64,000 nt of DNA from assembly GCA_951406725.2 (NCBI GenBank), contig OX597815.1, positions 95,232,001-95,296,000 on the forward strand. Direction: 5' to 3'. Under the pieces are notes generated by a model that did no database searches, was not told the origin of the DNA, and saw nothing but the letters and a program-made list of their open reading frames with translations. Shown here in pieces: positions 12,130 through 24,190 of the stretch. Source of the stretch: Octopus vulgaris (taxonomy: Eukaryota). Position numbers and translations under genes: made by a program. Every line of letters starts with the position of its first letter. Position 1 is the first letter of the stretch.

Positions 12130-12351
12130 GTTCTCTTCTTCTACTTTAGCCACAAGGCCCGAATTTTTTGGGCAGGAGGGTGCCAGTCGATTAGATCGTC
12201 CTCAGTACGCAATTTGTACTTAATTTATCGACTCGGAAAGAATGAAAGGCAAAGTCGACCTCTGCATAAGTTGAACTCAGAACGTAGCGACGGGTGAAAT
12301 ACAGCTAACCATTTTGCCCGACGTGCTAACGTTTCTGCCAGCTCGCAGCCT
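12130..12351 (-). mobile_element. SINE family A, monomer
   Basis: Aligns with 3911-4304; the 5' end on the minus strand is gcgagctggcagaaacgttagcacgtcgggc. Confidence 0.9.
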
Positions 12352-12455
12352 GTATATATATAGTTCAGCAAAATTTAGATTCGAATGAGTATGGTACTTA
12401 ATTTAGATGCACCAGAATTTTGTATGGTGTTATCCATAAAAATTTGAGGGGTGAT

Positions 12456-12662
12456 TATAATCAAAATAAGCAACAAGAATGACTCCGGTAATTTGGTACA
12501 ATTGTTTCGCACTACATCATTTTATTAAAAGTTTTAAGTATTACAACAGATTTAAGATGCTGAGTGCCCATCAGCCAATTATATAGGTTTTCCATATATA
12601 GGTTTTAATAAAATGATGTAGTGCGAAACAAATTACCGGAGTCATTCTTGTTGCTTATTTTG

Positions 12663-12704
<42 letters not shown>

Positions 12705-12732
12705 CAAAATAAGCAACAAGAATGACTCCGGT
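12456..12732. mobile_element. Penelope pseudo-LTR-like non-autonomous element with inverted partial copies around (TA)n
   Basis: 12456-12530 is inverted at 12603-12668; a third partial copy lies at 12700-12732; the element contains a hammerhead fold. Confidence 0.65.
12493..12578 (-). ncRNA. Type I hammerhead ribozyme-like motif (A9G core variant)
   Basis: Minus strand: ttgg CTGATGG gcact...agtgc GAAA caattgt a ccaa. Stem I ttgg/ccaa, stem II gcact/agtgc, palindromic stem III acaattgt, GUA cleavage triplet. Confidence 0.65.
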
Positions 12733-12752
12733 ATATATGTGTGTGTGTGTGT

Positions 12753-13030
12753 GGAGGCGAAATGGCCCAGTGGTTAGGACAGCGGACTCGCAGTCGTAGG
12801 TACGTGGTTTCGATTCCCAGACCGGGTGTTGTGAGTGTTTATTGAGCGAAAACACCTATAGCTCCACGAGGTCCGGCAGGGGATGGTGGCGATCCCTGCT
12901 GTACTCTTTCGACACAACTTTCTCTCATCTTTCTTCTGTTGGCCTGCTCGCTTAGCCAGCGGGGTGGCGTCATTGTGACCAGCGATGTGTAGCAACATCT
13001 CATAGCCTGATCGGTCAGGTGGTCACGTGG
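12753..13030 (+). mobile_element. tRNA-derived SINE family C
   Basis: A-box TGGCCCAGTGG and B-box GGTTTCGATTCCC in a tRNA-like head, followed by a non-tRNA body. Confidence 0.85.
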
Positions 13031-14928
13031 TGGTGGGATATATATATATATATATAGACTTAGATTCCCCCTCCAAAACAACCAGCTTACTGCATGTTCG
13101 TTGTAGTTAAATCAGTTTTAGTATAGTTAATATTAACGTAGAGAGAACAGGGAATTGTTTAATCAAGTCCTGTACTCTAGTGTTAGAGAAAAATATTAGC
13201 TTCATGCTTGCTACTGATCAAAGAAAAAGAGCTACAATTACAAAAATAATTCTGAATTAATATGAATTAGGATTGCACATGCAATACGAATATCATGATT
13301 AATGAACAGCTATTATTTTAATCTAATCTTTTTGTAAATACGTTAACAGTATCATATTAGCTTAATATGAATGTTCAAACATGATTGTGATGGGTTTAGC
13401 AATCGTATTCAGTGTCGTATTTTAACAAGTGATTAAAAGTCTCCTATCTGTTGACACTATTAAAAAGTTCTATCTAATAAAATTGATGTATTTTTTGGGA
13501 GGTTCACTGTTCAGTGTATGATAATTCTAAGGGAGAGTATCTCTCGTAGCGCCGGTTTACCTTTAGCGAACACATATTTGGTTGCATCACGAAGGGTGAT
13601 ATTATATTAAGGAGCAAAGGGTAATAAATTATTTTGCTAAAATACGAGTGTGAAATTCTCTGTAATTCTGTGAGGTTGATAAAAACAATCTTTCTTTGAA
13701 AGTGGAATAATTAAAAACTTTGAAATTATTGTTGGTTTGATTCCCTTATGGGTCTAAATACGAAAATCGCAAATTAAGATTTTGAAACTCCAACCAGAGT
13801 CCTGCAGAGAGTTACCTTTACATTTAGAGATTGTGGTTGTTTACATCCTCGACAAACTATCCAAGACAAAGGTCTTACCATGAAACTAAAATGGCGAAGA
13901 CGTCAGCAGATCGGATATCTCTCTAATCATGACTATGCTAGTGATCGTACCGTCAAAGCTCGTCAAATGTATGTTGCGCAAGACTTGTTTTATCTATTTC
14001 TCATTACAAAGACGAATGAATACATAATTTTTAATAACTATGAAAGCTACCTGTTAGTTTGTCACACAACCCAAGGAGGTTAGTAACTCCAATTTACACG
14101 TGTGATATACCGCCAACTGTATCCCAAATGTTTCACCACGGCATAGATATCCACCTGTAGATTATCAGTTTAACAATTTTTGGTTGAGCTCTTCGTCGTT
14201 ATGTTTGTACACCCTTGTAAACGTCTGTCTGGTAACACTCGATACTGATTTGTATATAATATATGCAGCCTTCTTAAATTTATCTTATGTTCAGCACGCA
14301 GCTGAAGCGGTATTAACCAGAGAAACATGCTGCTGATCTTATAACCATTGATTAACAAAAGGTGGAACGTTTGCTGTTATTGTTCTCAATCTATAATAGC
14401 ATCTTGCTAATTTTCTATAAAGCAGTATCTGATTTTACTCTAACGCTTTCAAGGAAATAAGAATTACATCTTATTATTTTTGAATATTTTATTGGAATGA
14501 TTTTGAATATTTTATTCCGTAACTGATTCAACAAAATTAAATTTTAATATCCTTTAGGAAAGATAAGGTTTATTATTAAAATCCTTGATATTAATTAAAA
14601 TAGAGAATAAAATATTCCCGCTACAAATATGGAAATTTCTAATCACCGTGTGAACTTCCAAAAATGCTATTATATTGAAGGGAGTAACATATTCTACTAA
14701 TTTAAAATAACCTTTCTTTTAAGTATTTATTTCAAAGGTGTATTTCATTCAATTGTTTAACATTTTTTCACCAAAGATGACTAACCAGATATGAACAGTA
14801 ATTATGATAACATAATAGCGCGTTGAAATGCCTTTGAACGTTCATTGTTTGTCGCTAACTTGAAAGTAGTAGTGCAATTTCTGTAATTAAACCGATGTTT
14901 TTGGTGAAAATATCTCTCTATCTCACAT

Positions 14929-14967
<39 letters not shown>

Positions 14968-16277
14968 TTCTCTCATTTGCTGCGTTTCTCGCCTTTCGCT
15001 TTGTCTCTATCACTCTTTCATCATTCTATATCCATTTATTTATAGAATATAATGAAGTATCTGAATATTGCGATATTTCTGCGAGTAAAATGAAGACGTG
15101 TTGCCACAGTGCATATGTTCTCCCTATTTTTTTTTACTTTTTACAAATATCACGTACTCTGGTGAGTAATTCAGTAATTGGAATTTAAAACTTGAATGTT
15201 TTAACACTTAAATATTCGAAATAAATTGGAAAATCTTTAAGAACGTAGGTTCTATTTCTGTTCTTTATTAAGCTTGTCACCTTTCTGCTTTATTATTTAT
15301 TTTACACACCATATTGATTAATAACAGAAACTTTCTTTAATCATTGCTTTCGTTGGGATTTCTACGTAGAAGCGTTTTTCTCTCGCTATAATATTACAAA
15401 TTATTGGTTTATTGATTACTGTTACAAATCGAAAACATACTTAGAATAAACAGAAATGGCATGATTTGATCTAATTAAGATAACATCCAACGGCTTTCCA
15501 TATCTGACACTAAGATTAATGCATTTCCTTCATTCGCCATATAAAATATTCATACTATTGTTTCTTAGAGACCTAGGTCAATCAACGAGGATTTAGAGGA
15601 TGTATTAATGAGATTCAAACGATGAATTACTAAGAAGATTAATTAATTTATCTCAGCTTGTTTTCTATTTCGTAAAAGAGGTCACGAGAGATCAAGAAAT
15701 AGAAATACGAAGAGGACTGAATAATCTAACATTTCGTTTTTGAATGGGGAAGAGAGATGAAATGCTGATTTACGCAGTTCAAATGGCTGAAATACTTTCT
15801 TTTCTTCACTATCCAACAAAGGGCAACTGGACAAAAAGTTTAAGATTCTTTATTCTTCAGGTCAACAAAACTTAACGGATTCTTCTGTGAGCTACATTTT
15901 GTGGACGTGAATCGTCATTAATTTTCCACATATAATTGATGGTAACCAGTTTTTTTTTATTTGCTATCACGGTGGATTCTATTATGATTTAGCAACGTCG
16001 AATTGTGTGTTGCTAATGTTCGCATTCATATCAACTCTCATGAAATAGACATAGCACCAGGGGCATTCGAGATGTGGCAATTTCGTATTTCTTAAGTATT
16101 TAAGGTTATATTATCTAATGTGTAGATTCCTTTCTTAAGACAACACGTTATCATATGTGTGAGATCTGGAAGTTATTTCTCGGAAGTAAGGTGACTATAT
16201 AGAGGCTCTCATGAGTGGTTTGTCTAATATAGCTTATATTTCTCGAAGTTCAATAATTTATTATTTTAAACTCATCT

Positions 16278-16995
16278 CTGGATTTCACGGGAGGGATGCA
16301 ATCAGAAAACCACTACTTTCAAAAACAAACATTGCAAAGCGTTTAGAGTACAGTAAAAACATACAGAATTGGTCCCTAGAGAAGTGGAAGAATGTTATTT
16401 TCTCGGCCGTGTCATCATTTACTCTATTTCCGACCACCGACCGAGAATACGTGTGGAGACAGCTAAAATAAGCTAAACTGCCTTCTTCCAACTTTTAAAG
16501 ATGGAGGAGGATCTGTGATGATCTGGAGGGCTATAACTTGGAAATCTTCCGGCTTAATGGTTTCTCTTCATGGCAGAATTAATAGGCAAGACTATTTAAG
16601 CATTTTATCTGATCAAATTCATCCTATGGTTGCGTAACTTTGTGCGGAGGGAAACACAATCTTTCAGGATGATAATGCACCAATTCACACAACTAATGTT
16701 ATTGAATGGTATGAGGAACATTCTAATGAGGCTGAACATATTATCTGGCACCACAGTCCCCAGATCTCAATATTATTGAACATTTATGGTGCATCTTAGA
16801 AAATAATTTAAGGAGTCGATATAAGAAGTCGATATCCTCCACCATCATCACTACAAGAGCTGTAGACTGTTTTAGCTGAAGAATGGACAAAAATTCCTTT
16901 GGAAAAAATTCAAACTTTGTACGAGTCCATATCTCGTAGAATTCAAGCTGTAATTACTGTCAAAGGCGGTCCTACACCATATAAAAATAAATTTG
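16278..16995 (+). pseudogene. Tc1-like (DD34E) transposase remnant
   Basis: RKPLLSKTNIAKRLEY..WKNVIFS, GGGSVMIW, IFQDDNAPIH, PQSPDLNIIEHLW, EEWTKIP..RRIQAVITVKGGPTPY. Confidence 0.92.
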
Positions 16996-17516
16996 TTTGA
17001 AATAAGACGACAAACATAAATATGTTCCTTCGAGAAAACAGTTGCTCCCGCAAACCAAAATAAATTTTGGGGGTTTGAGGAGGGTCAAAGTTGGTAACAA
17101 AAACAAGACAGTGAAACAAGTAGTGAGGTCTGCTAAGCCAGACGGGGTAAGGTGGCCAACGCTGATGAACATTCTTTGACAGGAGAAAATATAGGAGAGG
17201 AGACACACAAGAATACGTCTGGTCTGTGCAACTGGCCGGAAGAAAAGAAAGATGAACACGTGGGGAAAAAAAGATGGACGGTGGTCAGGTGTGAACTACG
17301 AGAAAGTTTAAGGAAGAAGAGGGACCGACAGAGAAAGAGAGAGAGAGGGAGGGATAGAAAACGGTAAAGAGAAGAGGTAGAGAACTATATAGAGGAGAGA
17401 CGAATCAAAATGATTAAAATAACCTTATTTGAAAATGGATGCGTGGTGTTCAATCATATAATAATGTAAATAATATATATATATAGGTATATATACATAC
17501 ATATATGTACATACTG

Positions 17517-17597
<81 letters not shown>

Positions 17598-17599
17598 TA

Positions 17600-17762
17600 T
17601 ATAGGTACAGGACGTCACTAAACTTAAACAACATGAAATACGAAAACATGAAATCCTACATACGCAAAACAACATGAAATACGAAAACAAACTTTTTTGG
17701 CGAACAACGAGAGAAACAAATGGAAAACAAGACAAGTAACATAAAGAACGCCCCTTCATCAG

Positions 17763-17765
<3 letters not shown>
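17600..17765 (-). mobile_element. Pseudo-LTR-like interspersed-repeat fragment between (TA)n tracts
   Basis: Bounded by (TA)n on both sides; the minus strand begins aaCTGATGAagggg; internal aacatgaaatacgaaaac repeats. Confidence 0.4.
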
Positions 17766-17826
<61 letters not shown>

Positions 17827-17844
17827 TATGCATGTACATGTGAT

Positions 17845-18035
17845 TTTTGTGTTTGAGCTTCTCCGTCACCAACATTTGACGTCTTCCCAATCCAGCAGTT
17901 CTCCAGAACACTTGATAGAATATATATGAGACGAAATTTAAATATAGATACTGGGATCGATTTACTTAACTAAACACGTCAAAGCAGTGCTTCAACATGG
18001 TCGAAGCCCAGTGTTTGAAACAAGTAAAAGATAAG
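17845..18035 (+). mobile_element. Degenerate 3' half of SINE family B
   Basis: Ends in gtgcttcaacatggtc..tgaaacaagtaaaagataag, like 58110-58165. Confidence 0.6.
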
Positions 18036-18310
18036 ATTCCAAGCCCTGCTTTTCTCTACAACCAATTAAGTAATCATCAATAATCCATTTAAACAGCAAC
18101 AAGTTACCTAATACATAAGAAATAAACGAAACAATAAAACAGAATCGATGTTCACGACAATAAGATAAGTACTTCAGATTGCCTCTCGACTAATTGTTTT
18201 AAGATTGATTACACAGTTTTGATGTTTCACTGTATAACTTAGATATTTTACTGTATAACTCACACTGCAGCACGCACAGCACATACATGCATTACACACA
18301 CACACGAACA

Positions 18311-18371
<61 letters not shown>

Positions 18372-18424
18372 GTACATATATATATATGTGTGTGTGTGTG
18401 TGTATGTGTGAATGTGTGTATGTG

Positions 18425-18454
<30 letters not shown>

Positions 18455-18455
<1 letters not shown>

Positions 18456-19396
18456 CACTAGGCCGCTGGTGGCAAAAAAATTCTACAAAATTTTTTTTGC
18501 CACCCTATATCGATTAATTATGAATTTTCTGGTTAATTCCGTAATGGAATCGACGGCTTATATTTATTTGCTGCCGATAAATTTGGCGCGAGTGCGACGA
18601 TTTGAAAATTTTAGGTCAGATATAACCTTGGCAAGGTCGGAAATGCCTCGTGAAAATATCTGTTCCGAATTGGGCTATTTCTTACTGAAGAATCTGAGGG
18701 CCTATGGAAGATTGGCTTGATTTAATTTAATCAGGTTAGTTTACCATTAATCAGCAGATGAAACGGTGCATCGTATAAGAAATTACAGGGTAAATGTTTT
18801 TTAAATTTTCTCCTGGTTTACGGAATTAATTTTTATTTGCGGTTGAAGCTTTGGCTGTTATTTCTAGTGGGTGAATGGCCTATTATGGCCGTTCCTTGAT
18901 TGTTGATGTTGAACTTAAAAATGGTCTATGACTATTTAATTTTTTTCCCACTAGGCCGCTGGTGGCAAAAAAATTCTACAAAATTTTTTTTGCCACCCTA
19001 TATCGATTAATTATGAATTTTCTGGTTAATTCCGTAATGGAATCGACGGCTTATATTTATTTGCTGCCGATAAATTTGGCGCGAGTGCGACGATTTGAAA
19101 ATTTTAGGTCAGATATAACCTTGGCAAGGTCGGAAATGCCTCGTGAAAATATCTGTTCCGACTTGGGCTATTTCTTACTGAAGAATCTGAGGGCCTATGG
19201 AAGATTGGCTTGATTTAATTTAATCAGGTTAGTTTACCATTAATCAGCAGATGAAACGGTGCATCGTATAAGAAATTACAGGGTAAATGTTTTTTAAATT
19301 TTCTCCTGGTTTACGGAATTAATTTTTATTTGCGGTTGAAGCTTTGGCTGTTATTTCTAGTGGGTGAATGGCCTATTATGGCCGTTCCTTGATTGT

Positions 19397-19400
<4 letters not shown>
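18455..19400. repeat. Near-identical tandem duplication, period 493 bp, between (CA)n and (TA)n tracts
   Basis: 18455-18907 matches 18948-19400 with one substitution seen (ccgaAttggg vs ccgaCttggg); each unit carries a GGTGGCAAAAAAA..TTTTTTTGCCACC hairpin. Confidence 0.95.
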
Positions 19401-19447
<47 letters not shown>

Positions 19448-19449
<2 letters not shown>

Positions 19450-19675
19450 GGAGTAAACACATGGATGTGAAACAAGGTAGAAAAAAGAGTACTCAAATAC
19501 CAGTGGTAGAGTAATATGCTTTATTTAAAGCAGCAGAAAATTCAACAAAACCTGTTACTCTGAGTTTCACGTTCCCGTTCGTCTGACAGTTTTTCTAGTA
19601 AAAACTGTCCGACGAACGGGAACGTGAAACTCAGAGTAACAGGTTTTGTTGAATTTTCTGCTGTTTTAAATAAAG

Positions 19676-19680
<5 letters not shown>
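19448..19680. mobile_element. Palindromic Penelope pseudo-LTR-like element within (TA)n
   Basis: Inverted arms of about 81 bp at 19514-19594 and 19600-19680, three mismatches, centre CTAGT. Confidence 0.75.
19605..19642 (+). ncRNA. Minimal type I hammerhead ribozyme-like motif (U4C variant); mirror copy on the minus strand in the left arm
   Basis: ctgt CCGACGA acg ggaa cgt GAAA ctcagagt a acag. Stem I ctgt/acag, stem II acg/cgt, near-palindromic stem III actc-a-gagt, GUA triplet. Confidence 0.6.
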
Positions 19681-19708
<28 letters not shown>

Positions 19709-19709
19709 A

Positions 19710-19741
<32 letters not shown>

Positions 19742-21743
19742 TCTCTGTGTAACGAAAGGAAGAAAACATTGATTATCAGAAGCTGAGTATAAAATACTAA
19801 ATTCTGACATCCGAAACCAAATTAGTAAAAATTAGATGTTCTACCGACACTGCCACATATTTCTACGCTCGTCTGTGAATTCGATTAGAAAGCATGACGC
19901 CACAAATAATATGAAAATTTGTCGGATGTTAAATACTTGTCCTTTTGCTCAGATATGATCCGGGACTGACATCGTGTTCATGGGAAACAAGGGAAATCAG
20001 TCTTACAGAATTTAATGTTTGGAATGTACGGTGGATAATTATGTTCATATACGTGTAACTGAAACAATTTGTCAGCGCAGCTTAAAAGCAATAAATGACT
20101 TACACGCCTGACGCATTCTCACGCACATGTACACAATCATATAATTACACACATGCTAAATATAGCAAGCTGTAACTGTATAAGCGTATAAATATGTACA
20201 AAATGCATGCACACACAAATACACACATATCCAACCGTTCAGATATTTTCGCATTTTACAATTCTGCATGCATACGATTGCATCTACGTTTGTGGAGGAT
20301 GCACGCTACAGGATAAAATGAAAATGAAACAAAGAACCGATAAGCATACACATAAACATGCATTAACCTTACATATTTTTGAATTTACTTTCGTATGTTC
20401 ATATAATTATACATTTAAATGTACACAGTCAGCGACTCATCAGCGCATACAATCTGACATCCACGGCCGCAAATCCCTCACTCTTAAAACTAGAAATCTC
20501 TGGAATACATCTTTCTATTCTCTATCCGATAGATGATATGCACACACATACACACACATATTCACACATATTTTCAATAACTCAGCTATACACACATACT
20601 TATAATCAGAATCACCTATTACCTATCTGTCTTAATTACGCCATCGGATAGAAGTTCTGACACAATGACATTTCTCAATACATGACTCATCTATACAGAT
20701 GAAGTGTGATACGATACAAGATATAATGAAAGGGACAGAAAAGTTCTGGATGCTAAGAAATGTATGCTGTTACAGTATATAGTTCATAACAGATTGTTGC
20801 ATAAATTGATTTTGAAGTACTCTACAAAAACTGTAGAGCAGTTTGAAATTTACTGCGATTACACCAATGTTTCTGGGTTGCTCTTAGTGTCAAATATATG
20901 AATAACCAATCAGGTAGATCTAATTCCATATGGTAGGGGATTCCTGGGGGTAATATCTTGTCACAGAATGGAGAATATTTTTTTTTTTACATCCATTTCT
21001 AAGAGGTTTCGAATTATGAAAATTCTGATAAAAATGAAAACCATACATAGATCTACAGAATGTCTAGAGGGCTGGAAATATCTCTGCAGATCCAAAAGAA
21101 ATACCTCTATAGTTCTCAATATTGTAGTGCCAGTATCTAGCTGATTTATAGATAACAGTATCCCCATGTTTATATTGTTCCTCTCTGTACAGTTTATTTG
21201 TTCGGTATAATTATTGTCTTAATGTTCACACGAGCATAAACATCGACGTAAAAGTATATAAATAAACAAAGTATATCTCCTCAAGTAACATATGCTTGTG
21301 ATCCTATCTAAATAGTATTTTGTTCAAGGAGTGAATGGGGGAGGAATGAATAAATGAAATGATAATAAAATAAGACCATAAGAACATTTACGAGAAGAGA
21401 AATGAAGGTTTTCTGTTTGGTGTGCTTGAATCGAAATCACGAACCGTTTACGCAGAGCAGCAAAGGTAAAATAATTAGGCTGTAGCTGAACAATGGTGCA
21501 TTTGACTGCTTGTAGCTGACATTTTCATGTGTTTAGACAAGAAGGAAAAGTGCCTTCTCATATGTGTAAAATGTAGGCCAGCATTGTCTCAAAACCTAAG
21601 GCTTTTCGAGTTGCATAGAAGTTACTAAAGGTCCATTTGCACGTAGAAAACGTTGACGGAATTATCAGATAAAAACATATATATCTCTTGTATTATAAAA
21701 GCAATTGAATCATCTGTTACACATAAGTCTTTTTACAAGGCTT

Positions 21744-21928
21744 TGCTTATTCACATGTCAGTTATATTTCATATTAATGTTACTATAAATACATAATTAT
21801 CTCTTTTTAAGTGCATACTCATGCAGAACTTTTGGAGTTTGTTTGTCCCGCCACACTGAGCTCATCATACATGTGCAATATACTTTTCCGCAAACGCAAT
21901 CAGCTACAACTCCTTTAGAAAAACAGTG
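21744..21928 (+). repeat. Copy 1 of a dispersed 185-bp direct repeat; encodes a degenerate C2H2 finger-like peptide
   Basis: Aligns with 23662-23847; frame AYSCRTFGVCLSRHTELIIHVQYTF. Confidence 0.85.
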
Positions 21929-22664
21929 AGTTGAAATGCTACAAAACTCGAAAGATAGTTTGGGTGATTGAAAGGCAAAGCCCAGAACAATATATCAATT
22001 GAAAGTTTGGTTCAAGTGCAAACCATTTATGAAAAATAACAGATGTTGAGCAAAATCTCATGGGAACTGAAATTATAACCGAAAGTCAATTACTAGATAT
22101 CCATTCCTTGCATATACTAACGAGGAATGGATATATGTACCATGATTTATGGAACGAACTATTTTTAGCTTTCCGACGAATATTGAAAGTACTCGGTCTA
22201 CTTTTCCTCCTCCTTATTGCATTGTACCCTTTTACAATTATTCCTTTCTTCCTATGTTGCTATCCATGTTGTTATGCACTGTTGTCTTTATGAATTAATT
22301 ACACAAATCAGTATCTGCTTGTGTATGCTCGTAAGGGTGTGAGTAGCATATATGTGTGGGGATGCTTTTAAAATGTAATTAGATTTTGTTAAAATGCAGG
22401 AGAGAATGAATACTTGGCTGGACGAGAATTGCGTTGCATCACTTTGTGGACTAAATAATTTCCGTATGATTGTATATTCTTCAATAAAAGCTGTATTTTG
22501 TCAAAGTGGAATTGAAGTACCGGTTATTCAATTGAGCATTAAACAATCCAAGACGTGTATCACGGTGTTTAGTCTGAAATGAAAAGAAAGAAAAATATTT
22601 GTTAAAACGTTTGGAATCTCTCTGTATTTAACATTCAAGGTCTTGGAGTAAATTATAATAATAG

Positions 22665-22995
22665 TATTCAGTCCCACTGTGCAGTACTTGGGATGGGTGT
22701 TTCTCCTAGTATAGCCACTGACCGGCCAGTGCTTTGTGAGTGAATCTGAGAGAAACTGTGTGAATGCTCGTCGTAAATATATTTAAGTGCATATATTTGA
22801 TCTCTGCTTGGCAATGGGTGTCAATTTTTGACGTCCCTGTGCCATAGAGCTTTGGCAAACGATACCGATAGAATGTGTACCGGACTTAACAAAAGGAATC
22901 AGTACTGAGGTCTAACTATTGGACAAAATTCATATGAAGGTGGTGCTGTAGCGTGGTACGTACTAAATCAATGACTGAAACAAGTAAAATAACGT
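22665..22995 (+). mobile_element. Degenerate SINE family B
   Basis: ttcagtcccactgtgcagtacttggg..tatagcc..gataccgatagaat..aatgactgaaacaagtaaaa. Confidence 0.75.
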
Positions 22996-23477
22996 AAAAG
23001 TATAACTGTAATAATTATAGGTGTACGTATGTGCGTGTGATTGTATACATATGTGTGTGTGTATGTGTGTGTGTGTGTTTGTGTTTCTGTGGGTGTGTAC
23101 ATATGTGTGTATGATTGCGAGTGAGACAAACTTGAAACAAATGTAATAGATTGTTAGAACTGGAGCACATCTAAATTGAATTTTAATCAGTTTTAGTTAT
23201 TATTCTCTGACAAATGATTTTCGAATACGTATAATCAGATATGATAAATTTGATAGCAAATTTAATCGTAGAATTATTGTTGACTAGGCTAAGGCTTATG
23301 CGACTGAGAAAAAATATGACCAAATTACACTCACTTATTTTGTCTGTGGTTCTTTAAATATCTTCCCGTTGTTCTTCAGTAAAACTCACTATGCTATTGC
23401 TTCCACACTTGTTATTGTCTCCACACATCCTGGAATGTGTCAAATTGCTAACATTCTCCTTTTTTCATATTTTTCAC

Positions 23478-23660
23478 AGATGCCGATATTACTCACAAGC
23501 CAATCCTCATTGAATGGAGGCAGATAGTCAACAAGGCGCGAGCAAGGTAAGGCTGTAATGTTGGATTTGGCACGATCAAGTAATTGGTCCATTTAATTTT
23601 GGGGGCTCTGTGACAGATCATTCGTATCTGGACATGCTTGGCAGCAAGATGATGCTGCAT
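23478..23660 (+). pseudogene. Tc1/mariner-superfamily transposase remnant
   Basis: CRYYSQANPH*MEADSQQGASKVRL*CWIWHDQVIGPFNFGGSVTDHSYLDML fits the NCRYWxxxNPH..KVxVW..IIGPFF..VTxxxYLxML pattern. Confidence 0.7.
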
Positions 23661-23661
23661 G

Positions 23662-23847
23662 TGCTTATTCACATGTCAGTTAGTTATATTTCATATTCAT
23701 GTTACTATAAATATAAAATTATCTCTTTTTAGGTGCATACTCATGCAGAACTTTTGGAGTCTGTTTGTCCCGCAACACTGAGCTCATCATACATGTGCAA
23801 TATACACTTCCGCAAACGCAATCAGCAATACCTTTAGAAAAACAGTG
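23662..23847 (+). repeat. Copy 2 of the 185-bp direct repeat
   Basis: Aligns with 21744-21928 and abuts the transposase remnant. Confidence 0.85.
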
Positions 23848-24092
23848 TCAAGAATGTACCAGCTTATCACAAGTAAATCTGCTTTCTTTCGTTCACGTAA
23901 CCAAACTGATTCTGTATCAGTTGTGATCTCACGAAATTTCGTTTACCAATCTCGTCTAATAAAGTAGATGTTTTGCCAAAATCTCTATACTACGATTGAG
24001 GAATAGCAAATATAACTCCATACGGAGTCTACTGATAAAAAATATACACACACTGACTCAGACATGCATGTATCCATACACAGATACGTACA

Positions 24093-24190
<98 letters not shown>

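Noticed and set aside
12753-12830. tRNA gene
   Set aside because: A and B boxes are present but there is no proper acceptor stem, and it continues into a SINE body; the same applies to 40954 and 57719.
18412-19213. Duplicated 83-102 aa ORFs
   Set aside because: They are products of the 493-bp tandem repeat, with no recognisable domain and starts in a microsatellite or at GTG.
20880-21170. Possible decayed RT remnant on the minus strand
   Set aside because: Only vague similarity (VFLLD, YPQES); insufficient support.
23480-23546. Exon-like segment with a strong acceptor and AAG|GTAAGG donor
   Set aside because: Another frame runs through the donor as a recognisable transposase remnant (NPH..VIGPF..YLDML); exonisation cannot be shown from sequence alone.
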